Part shown: piece by piece, positions 1 through 5,959 of the stretch
Layout: every line of letters starts with the position of its first letter
Position numbering within the stretch: position 1 is the first letter of the stretch
Assembly: GCA_033763905.1 (NCBI GenBank)
Contig: JANRJP010000013.1
Span: forward strand, 1 to 10,654
Direction of reading: 5' to 3'
Length of the DNA: 10,654 nucleotides
From: Gemmatimonadaceae bacterium
GTDB taxonomy: Bacteria; Gemmatimonadota; Gemmatimonadetes; Gemmatimonadales; Gemmatimonadaceae
Position numbers and translations under genes: made by a program
The notes under the pieces: generated by a model
What the model was told of the DNA's origin: nothing
The model's database searches: none
What the model saw: the letters and a program-made list of their open reading frames with translations, nothing else

Positions 1-1052
1 CGCTTGCCGCGGATTTCGACCTCGAAGGTGTTGCCGACCTTGGCGTGCGCGGTCGGCACGTACGCGGTGCCAATCGGAATGTTGACCGACGGCGACAGCG
101 TGCCGCTGCAGACCGTGCCCGACGGTTCGCCGTTGACGAACACCGGCATCCCGTGGCGGGCGATGTTGCGTTCGGGCAGGGTGAAGGCCACGAGCTTGCG
201 CGGAATGCCGGCGGCCTTTTGCGCCTCGAGCGCGGCGCGGCCGACGAAGTCGCCCTTGGGCAGCTTGGTGATCCAGCCCAGACCGGCTTCGAGCGGGGTG
301 GTGGTGTCGTCGATGTCGTTGCCGTAGAGCGCGAAGCCCATTTCCAGGCGCAGCGTATCGCGGGCGCCCAGGCCGGCCAGCGTGACCTTGCCGGTGTGCA
401 TCAGCGCGTTCCACACGACGGTGGCGTGGGCCGGATCGAAGTAGAGCTCGAAACCGTCTTCGCCGGTGTAGCCGGTGCGGCTGATGGTGGCCTGCACGCC
501 GGCGACGGTGCCTTCGACGAACCGATAGTAGCCCACCGGCGCCAGATCGACCGTGACCAGCGGCTGCAGCACCGCTTCGGCATTGGGGCCCTGCAGGGCC
601 AAGAGCGCGGTGCCGTCGCTCACATCGGCAATGGCCACGTCGAACTTGCTGGCGTACTGCGTGATGTGGGCCAGGTCTTTGTCGCGGTTGGACGCGTTGA
701 CGACGAGCATAATGCCGTTCGCGTAGCGATAGACCAGGCAGTCGTCTTCGATCGTGCCGCGCTCGTTGCAGAGGGCGGAATACTGGACCTGCCCCACGGC
801 CAGGGCGCCGACGTCGTTGGTGGTGACGTAGTTGACGAAGGCGAGGTGATCGGGGCCGGTGATGACGAACTCGCCCATATGGCTCACGTCAAAGAGCCCG
901 CAGGATTCGCGGACGGCTTTGTGTTCGGCGAGCCCGCCGGTGTACTGGACCGGCATTTCCCACCCGGCGAAGGGGACCATCTTGGCGCCAGCTGCGACGT
1001 GGAGGTCGTAGAAGGGCGTATGGAGCAGGGGGGCGGCGCCGGCGTCGGACAT
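1..1052 (-). CDS. gcvT: Glycine cleavage system aminomethyltransferase T (3' end runs off the window)
   Basis: Manual minus-strand translation from ATG at 1052: [62 protein letters not shown]...[37 protein letters not shown]. The [10 protein letters not shown] and FDVSHMG motifs are diagnostic. Absent from the ORF track because it has no stop inside the window. Confidence 0.97.
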   Translation of the reverse strand, partial: MSDAGAAPLLHTPFYDLHVAAGAKMVPFAGWEMPVQYTGGLAEHKAVRESCGLFDVSHMGEFVITGPDHLAFVNYVTTNDVGALAVGQVQYSALCNERGTIEDDCLVYRYANGIMLVVNASNRDKDLAHITQYASKFDVAIADVSDGTALLALQGPNAEAVLQPLVTVDLAPVGYYRFVEGTVAGVQATISRTGYTGEDGFELYFDPAHATVVWNALMHTGKVTLAGLGARDTLRLEMGFALYGNDIDDTTTPLEAGLGWITKLPKGDFVGRAALEAQKAAGIPRKLVAFTLPERNIARHGMPVFVNGEPSGTVCSGTLSPSVNIPIGTAYVPTAHAKVGNTFEVEIRGK

Positions 1053-1141
1053 TCGTGGGTGGATTGGGGAGATCGGAAATATGCCGAAACGGCAGGGGTG
1101 GTGGCTATAGCCGCAGGCGGCCGCGGCAATCGCAATGTCGG

Positions 1142-1240
1142 CGATACATTTGGGAGTTTGGTCGCCACCTGCGAGTCGTCCTGCTCGCCGACGGCGAGAC
1201 GGTGCACAACGCATTCTTCGACCGAGGGTTTCCGCGATGA
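1142..1240 (+). pseudogene. C-terminal remnant of the small toxin-like gene (DUF4258/RelE-like) that normally precedes DUF2283
   Basis: Reads RYIWEFGRHLRVVLLADGETVHNAFFDRGFPR*. The LRVVxLxDGETVHNAFxDR ending is characteristic of DUF2283 partner proteins. Its TGA overlaps the next ATG (ATGA 1237-1240). The upstream in-frame sequence (1055-1141) does not look like this family, so the left boundary is approximate. Confidence 0.7.
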
Positions 1241-1443
1241 CCGTCAAGTACTTCAAGGACACCGACACGGCGCTCCTCGAGTTCTCGGACGCGCGCGTGG
1301 CGGAGACTCGCGAGATCTCCGAGTACGTGTACGTGGACTTGGACGCGGCTGGTCGGCTCGTCAGTATGACGATCGAGCATGCAGCCGAGATCGCTCGGCT
1401 GCCTTCGCTCCGGCTCGACGAGTTCGACGCCGGCGCTGCGTAA
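1237..1443 (+). CDS. DUF2283 domain protein (putative type II antitoxin), 68 aa
   Basis: MTVKYFKDTDTALLEFSDARVAETREISEYVYVDLDAAGRLVSMTIEHA fits the DUF2283 pattern (Y..dtD.l.i.f ... vDlD..GrlvgieI). GAGGG SD-like motif at 1224-1228 and ATGA coupling to the upstream gene. Confidence 0.85.
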   Translation: MTVKYFKDTDTALLEFSDARVAETREISEYVYVDLDAAGRLVSMTIEHAAEIARLPSLRLDEFDAGAA

Positions 1444-1484
1444 CGCGCGGCTCATGCCGCCCTGATTCGCTCCCTCCCCCTGCG

Positions 1485-3398
1485 ATGACCAACTCGACCT
1501 TCGAACACGACCTCCCCGGCCTGCGCGAGGCCTTGGCCGGCCAGTACACGCTGGAGCGTGAACTCGGCCGTGGGGGAATGGGCATCGTGCTCCTGGCGCG
1601 CGACGAGAAGCTGGACCGTCGGGTGGCGCTCAAGGTGCTGCCGCCCACGCTGGCCACGCAGCCGGACACCCGCGAGCGATTCCTGCGTGAGGCGCGCACG
1701 GCGGCGCAGTTGTCGCACCCGAACATCGTGCCGGTGTTTCGCGCCGACGAACTGGGCGGCTACGCCTTCTTTGCGATGGGCTTCGTGGACGGCGAATCGC
1801 TGGGGAGCCGCGTGGCGGCGCGCGGGGCCTTGCCGGCGGCCGAGGCGGTGCGGTTTTTGCGCGAGGCCGCGTGGGCGCTGGCCTACGCCCACGCGCGCGG
1901 CGTGGTGCACCGCGACGTGAAGCCCGAGAACCTGCTCGTGGAGCGCGCGACGGGTCGCGTGATGGTGACCGACTTCGGCATTGCGCGCGCGCCGGAGGCG
2001 AGCCGGCTGACGCAGACGGGGCACGTGATGGGCAGCGTGCACTGGATGAGTCCCGAGCAGGGCTCGGGCGACGCGCTCGACGGGCGCAGCGACTTGTATT
2101 CGCTGGGCGCGGTGGGATTCTTCTTGCTGGCAGGGCGACCGCCGTTCGAACACGAAAGCGCAGCGGCCATTCTCGTCGCGCGCGCCACCAAGCCCGCGCC
2201 GATGTTGCGCTCGGTGGCGCCGAACGCGCCGGCGGAACTCGCGGCGGTGATCGATCGCTGCTTGCGCGCGTCGCCCGACGACCGGCCGCGCAGTGGCGAA
2301 GTCCTCGCCGACGAACTCGAAGCGGCCTTGCGTGCGTCGGAGGAGTCGGCGGCCACGAGCGGCGGCGCGAGCGGCCCGCAGCGCGTGCTCAACGAAGACG
2401 AAGCGCAGGCGGTGTGGCGGCGTGCGGCGCAGTTGCAGGCCGAGGCGGCGTCGCGGCTCGAGGCGCGTGCGCGCGAAACGCGCTCGTTGCCGGCAGCACC
2501 GCCGTCGGATGCGGCCGCTGCCGGTGGGGACTCGGCCACGGGCCTCACGAGCGGATTCCGCGCGCGCGACGTGGCGCAGGCGGCGGTGGAGGCGGGGATC
2601 TCGCAGCAGTACGTGGCGGTGGCAATGGCGGAGCTGGAGTCCAAGGGCAGCACCGCGTTGGCCACGACGTCCGACGGCACGAGTGATCGTGCGGCGAAGA
2701 TCGTGCTGGGCACGGATCGTCGCGTGATCAGCGTGACGCGGCAGTTCCGTCACGCACCGGCCAAGGTGCTGGCGGCGATGGGGCGCGCATTTCAGGGCGA
2801 CCGCTTGGGGTTGCGGCTCGCCGAGACCTTGGGCGGACACCCGTTGGATGGTGGGGTGCTCTTGTTCCGCGTGCCGGATATGACGGGTACGGAACGCGCG
2901 GGCTACCAGTGGTCGTGGACGCGCTACCAGACGTTTGCCAAGGAACTGCGTGCGGTGATGCGCGTGCAGCCCGGCGATTCGTCGCGTTGCGAGGTGACGC
3001 TGACGGTGGACCTGGTGCCGGGTCGTTCGACGGCGATGTGGGAGTCGCTGGGCTTTGCCGGGGGCGGGAGTTTTGTCGGTGGGCTCGTTGGCGCGGTGCT
3101 CGGCAAGAAGGCGGCGTGGATGATCGCGCTGACGGCGAGCGCGGGGCTGGTACCGGTGGGGGGCGGAATGCTCATCGCTGGCAGCGTCGCCGCAGTGCTC
3201 GGTGCGGCCGGCCTGCGGTGGGCCTACCGGCACAGTATGGGCGCGACGGAGCGCGAGCTGAGCGAGGCGCTCAAGGAAATCGAAAGCGAGTTGACGAAGA
3301 CGGCGGTGTTCCTTGGGGATCCGTTTGCGCCGCCGCCGCCACCGCGGGATGATCGTCGGGTGGGGTCGGGTGGGGATGATGTGGTGGTGATCGTCTAA
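1485..3398 (+). CDS. Hanks-type (PknB-like) Ser/Thr protein kinase with a C-terminal two-helix membrane anchor, about 637 aa
   Basis: Motifs GRGGMG, VALK, FLREA, HRDVKPEN, DFG, MSPEQ, SDLYSLG and DRP are all present. Likely start is ATG 1485 (MTNSTFEHDL). The 45-1484 part of the ORF-track call is antisense to gcvT and overlaps the DUF2283 gene. Two Gly/Ala-rich hydrophobic segments lie near the C-terminus. Confidence 0.93.
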   Translation: MTNSTFEHDLPGLREALAGQYTLERELGRGGMGIVLLARDEKLDRRVALKVLPPTLATQPDTRERFLREARTAAQLSHPNIVPVFRADELGGYAFFAMGFVDGESLGSRVAARGALPAAEAVRFLREAAWALAYAHARGVVHRDVKPENLLVERATGRVMVTDFGIARAPEASRLTQTGHVMGSVHWMSPEQGSGDALDGRSDLYSLGAVGFFLLAGRPPFEHESAAAILVARATKPAPMLRSVAPNAPAELAAVIDRCLRASPDDRPRSGEVLADELEAALRASEESAATSGGASGPQRVLNEDEAQAVWRRAAQLQAEAASRLEARARETRSLPAAPPSDAAAAGGDSATGLTSGFRARDVAQAAVEAGISQQYVAVAMAELESKGSTALATTSDGTSDRAAKIVLGTDRRVISVTRQFRHAPAKVLAAMGRAFQGDRLGLRLAETLGGHPLDGGVLLFRVPDMTGTERAGYQWSWTRYQTFAKELRAVMRVQPGDSSRCEVTLTVDLVPGRSTAMWESLGFAGGGSFVGGLVGAVLGKKAAWMIALTASAGLVPVGGGMLIAGSVAAVLGAAGLRWAYRHSMGATERELSEALKEIESELTKTAVFLGDPFAPPPPPRDDRRVGSGGDDVVVIV

Positions 3399-3405
3399 CT
3401 CGCGC

Positions 3406-4773
3406 TCAGCCCCCGAACGGATCGGCAAACTTCTCGGCCGTCAGCATCGTGCTGTCGGTCAGCGTGCGAAGGAAGGCGACGAGCGCCGCGCGCGCCTCGG
3501 CGGTGAGATTGAGTCGGATCGGCGCGCCGCCGGGCGTACGCAGACGCGGATCGAGCGCGGGGTTCGGCTGCACGCCGGAGTCGTAGAAGGCCACGACCTG
3601 CTCGAGCGTCGCGAAGCGGCCGTCGTGCATATACGGCGCGCGCACCGCGACGTTGCGCAATGATGGCGACTTGAAGCGGCCCTGCCCTGCCCCGACATCG
3701 GTGATGGTGGGATCCAAGCCGGTGTTGTGCACAGCGTCGCTGATGTGCGCATTGGTGCCGTGACAGCGCGCGCAACCGGCCACAGGACCGTTGAACAGAT
3801 TGAGCCCGTCGAGCTCCTGCGGCGTGAACACCGCCGCGAAGTTGGGCGCCACACCACCGGCGAAGGCACGATCGAACTTGCTGTCGGTACTCACGAGCGA
3901 GCGGACGAACTGCGCGAGCGCGCGCGCCACGCGATCGCTGGTGATGTCGGCCGAGCCGAACGCCGCCGTGAAGAGCGGCGCGTAGTAGGGCGTGGCGCGG
4001 AGCTTCACGAGCGCTTGCGTCAGCGTGAGCCCCATTTCGGTGGTGTCCTGAATGGGCTGCAGCACCTGCGCCTCGAGCGTGGCGGCGCGCTCGTCCCAGA
4101 AGAAGCGACCGCCGTTGTAGAAGCGCGCATTGGCAAGGCCCATACTGTGCCGACCGGTGAGCCCACCGGCGAAGCCGCGGCTCAGCCGAGCGGTATCGGC
4201 GAAGCCGGTGGCCTGGGTGTGGCACGAGCCGCAGGAGACGTTGTCCAAGCGCGAGAGTCGGCGATCGTAGAACAGCACGCGGCCGAGCGTTGCACCGGCG
4301 TTGGTGATTGCGTTGTTCGCAGGCGTATTGTCGGCGGCAATGACGGGGTTGCCGGCATTGGCGTAGTGCGCGGGCAGGCCGATGTAGCTCAGTCCGGCGC
4401 CGAGCGTGGGGGTGCGGAGCCCCTCGCGGAAGACGACGAGCTCGAAGGTATCGGCGGCCTGGCGGCCCTGGGCATCGGTGGCGGTGAGGACGACCTCGCT
4501 GACGGCGGGCGCGGTGGGGGTGCCGGTGATGGTGGCGCCCTGGACGCTCAGGCCGGGAACAGCCGGAGTGATGGCTACGCGGTACGTCAGCGCGGCGCCC
4601 GATGCGTGGGTGCAGGTGGTGCCGGCCTGGCTGGCGTCGTAGGTGAAGGGCACGCCGCGGGTGGCGACCTGGCTCGCGTTGGGGCTGGTGACGGTGATGG
4701 TGCCGTCGGGGGAGGTGGCGTCGCTGCAGGCGGCGATCAGCAGTACGGCGAGGAGCGCTGGGCGGGGCGTCAT
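3406..4773 (-). CDS. Di-haem cytochrome c peroxidase/MauG-family lipoprotein with an N-terminal Ig-like (He_PIG/cadherin-like) domain
   Basis: Two CxxCH motifs (CGSCH, CARCH), plus LGRVLFYDRRLS, FFWDERA, EMG and FKSPSLRNVAVRAPYMHDG. Start at ATG 4773 gives a lipoprotein signal MTPRPALLAVLLIAA-C. PGLSVQGATITGTPT...LTATD is typical of putative Ig repeats. Confidence 0.9.
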   Translation of the reverse strand: MTPRPALLAVLLIAACSDATSPDGTITVTSPNASQVATRGVPFTYDASQAGTTCTHASGAALTYRVAITPAVPGLSVQGATITGTPTAPAVSEVVLTATDAQGRQAADTFELVVFREGLRTPTLGAGLSYIGLPAHYANAGNPVIAADNTPANNAITNAGATLGRVLFYDRRLSRLDNVSCGSCHTQATGFADTARLSRGFAGGLTGRHSMGLANARFYNGGRFFWDERAATLEAQVLQPIQDTTEMGLTLTQALVKLRATPYYAPLFTAAFGSADITSDRVARALAQFVRSLVSTDSKFDRAFAGGVAPNFAAVFTPQELDGLNLFNGPVAGCARCHGTNAHISDAVHNTGLDPTITDVGAGQGRFKSPSLRNVAVRAPYMHDGRFATLEQVVAFYDSGVQPNPALDPRLRTPGGAPIRLNLTAEARAALVAFLRTLTDSTMLTAEKFADPFGG

Positions 4774-4816
4774 GCTTGGTGAGACGCGGGTGCTGTGCTG
4801 GGCGTTAAGGCGCTTG

Positions 4817-5184
4817 CTGAGCACTGATGACCGTGATCTTCTGACCCTCGGCTTGAGTTGTCGCTCAGCCGTGACTGCGTTGTCGGTCGTCGGTCACCGG
4901 TCACGGGCTTGTGACCGACGACTGGCTACCGATGACGGGGTTCTGGCGGACGGGGACAACGGACGCTGACAGTCTGCAGTTGTTGGTGGTCAGTCGTCAG
5001 CTGAGCACTGATAACCGTAATCTGATGACCGTCAGCTTCAGTTGTCCGTCAGCCGTGACTGCGTTGTCGGTAGTCGGTTGCCGGTCACGGGCTTGTGACC
5101 GACGACTGGCTACCGATGACGGGGTTCTTTGGGACAGGGACAACACAAGCCGAGGGACGTCGGTTGCAGGTGGTCAGTGATCAG
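4817..5184. repeat. Tandem pair of 184-bp imperfect palindromic units (4817-5000, 5001-5184), MITE/REPIN-like
   Basis: The two units align without gaps at period 184 and share e.g. CCGGTCACGGGCTTGTGACCGACGACTGGCTACCGATGACGGGGTTCT. Each starts CTGA and ends TCAG. GCTTG flanks both ends (4812-4816, 5185-5189). The repeat itself is certain; mobility is inferred. Confidence 0.9.
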
Positions 5185-5307
5185 GCTTGCGCACACCGGT
5201 GCAGGGACCGGCCCCCGAATTGGCGCGACGTGGAAGATCTCGCCTCGAGTTCGGCACGTGAATTTACGGCGGCTCGAGCTGGACGTGTTTTCGGGGCCCC
5301 AGGCCGT

Positions 5308-5330
5308 CCGATCGGATCCTGCTGCGTGAA
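5308..5330 (-). pseudogene. 23-nt remnant of an Rhs core (FTQQDPIG)
   Basis: CCGATCGGATCCTGCTGCGTGAA matches 6444-6466 (Rhs-2 core) at 22/23 nt and lies 1 nt after the stop codon of the candidate immunity gene. Confidence 0.75.
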
Positions 5331-5331
5331 G

Positions 5332-5955
5332 CTATCGCTCAATCGAGGAAGCTCTACTACTCGGGCCGATCGAAATGGCTATCGGATAGCCTAGATCACG
5401 CTCCCGAGATGAAACGGTGACAGACATCGGTACACGGATGACATACTGCTCCTGCCAAGCAACCAAATCCTCCGAGGAAACAAGTAACTCTCTATCGCCA
5501 TCGACGAGTCGCACCTTCTGGTTGGGCACTGAGGACAACTCACGCACCACACTCCCAAATAAGCCATCACCCCTCCGCAGCTGGCTCAGCTGGTAATTCA
5601 GCCTCGAGAACCCTTCGGCAGAAGTGATCGCAGCGAAGCGGAGCGATAGCTTCGACCCCACGGTGTTCATTGTGCACTCTATCGGCTTCGGCAGGCGTGC
5701 GAGGTACTGCAGAACCATTGGTTCCAGTAGAGGCCCGCCTGACCCTTCAATCATCAATGGCTCGAATCTCTCGCCATCCACCAGGGCAGCCCGGAGAACA
5801 AAAACGGTCACTTCGGCCAGGCGGAGTTCTGAATCCATTGTCATCACCGCGGAGGCTACGGATGGTTGCACGCCCAGAGGGAGCGAAGGTGTGTGCTGAA
5901 AGCCGTCTGGAACGAGGATGAGAGTCAAGCCGACCAGCCATTTCGCGCTGTGCAC
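5332..5955 (-). CDS. Hypothetical protein, candidate immunity protein for the Rhs-2 C-terminal domain (about 207 aa, possible signal/anchor peptide)
   Basis: GTG at 5955 is 4 nt after the Rhs-2 stop and is preceded by GGGGTGG. The N-terminus MHSAKWLVGLTLILVP is hydrophobic. GC is lower than in host genes (31/60 in 5341-5400). The position is the canonical immunity slot. No family recognised; the start is uncertain. Confidence 0.6.
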   Translation of the reverse strand: MHSAKWLVGLTLILVPDGFQHTPSLPLGVQPSVASAVMTMDSELRLAEVTVFVLRAALVDGERFEPLMIEGSGGPLLEPMVLQYLARLPKPIECTMNTVGSKLSLRFAAITSAEGFSRLNYQLSQLRRGDGLFGSVVRELSSVPNQKVRLVDGDRELLVSSEDLVAWQEQYVIRVPMSVTVSSRERDLGYPIAISIGPSSRASSIER

Positions 5956-5959
5956 CGGT

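Noticed and set aside
1053..1236. Glycine riboswitch expected upstream of gcvT
   Set aside because: No GGAGA/CCGAAG/CTCTCAGG-type aptamer signatures on the minus strand, and most of the interval is the toxin remnant.
1437..1465. attC-like left half (GCGTAAC GCGCGG CTCATGCC) after DUF2283; also GTCTAAC at 3393-3399 and GTTAAGG at 4804-4810
   Set aside because: No complementary GTTRRRY box at a suitable distance, no cassette array and no integrase. Most likely stop-codon context coincidences.
45..1484. N-terminal 480 aa of the 1117-aa ORF, suggesting a giant kinase fusion
   Set aside because: It is the antisense shadow of gcvT plus an off-frame read through the DUF2283 region. Kinase homology begins only after ATG 1485.
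1452..4782. Long ORFs 1452-3428(-), 1883-2713(-), 1871-2686(+), 3395-4225(-), 3727-4782(+)
   Set aside because: Arg/Ala-rich shadow frames of the kinase and di-haem genes, typical of high-GC DNA, with no motifs.
4774..4824. Upstream start at 4824 for the di-haem protein
   Set aside because: It lies inside the repeat element. ATG 4773 gives a clean lipoprotein signal peptide.
4817..5184. CRISPR array, or coding ORFs (4643-4969, 4911-5180, 5095-5394), in the repeat region
   Set aside because: Only two long units with no unique spacers and no cas genes. The ORFs are translations of heptamer-rich palindromic DNA.
5190..5307. Possible continuation of a third Rhs module or CT after the FTQQDPIG scar
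   Set aside because: The translation (RPGAPKTRPARAAVNS...) lacks GGLNLYxY and DPxGL, and no credible ORF follows.
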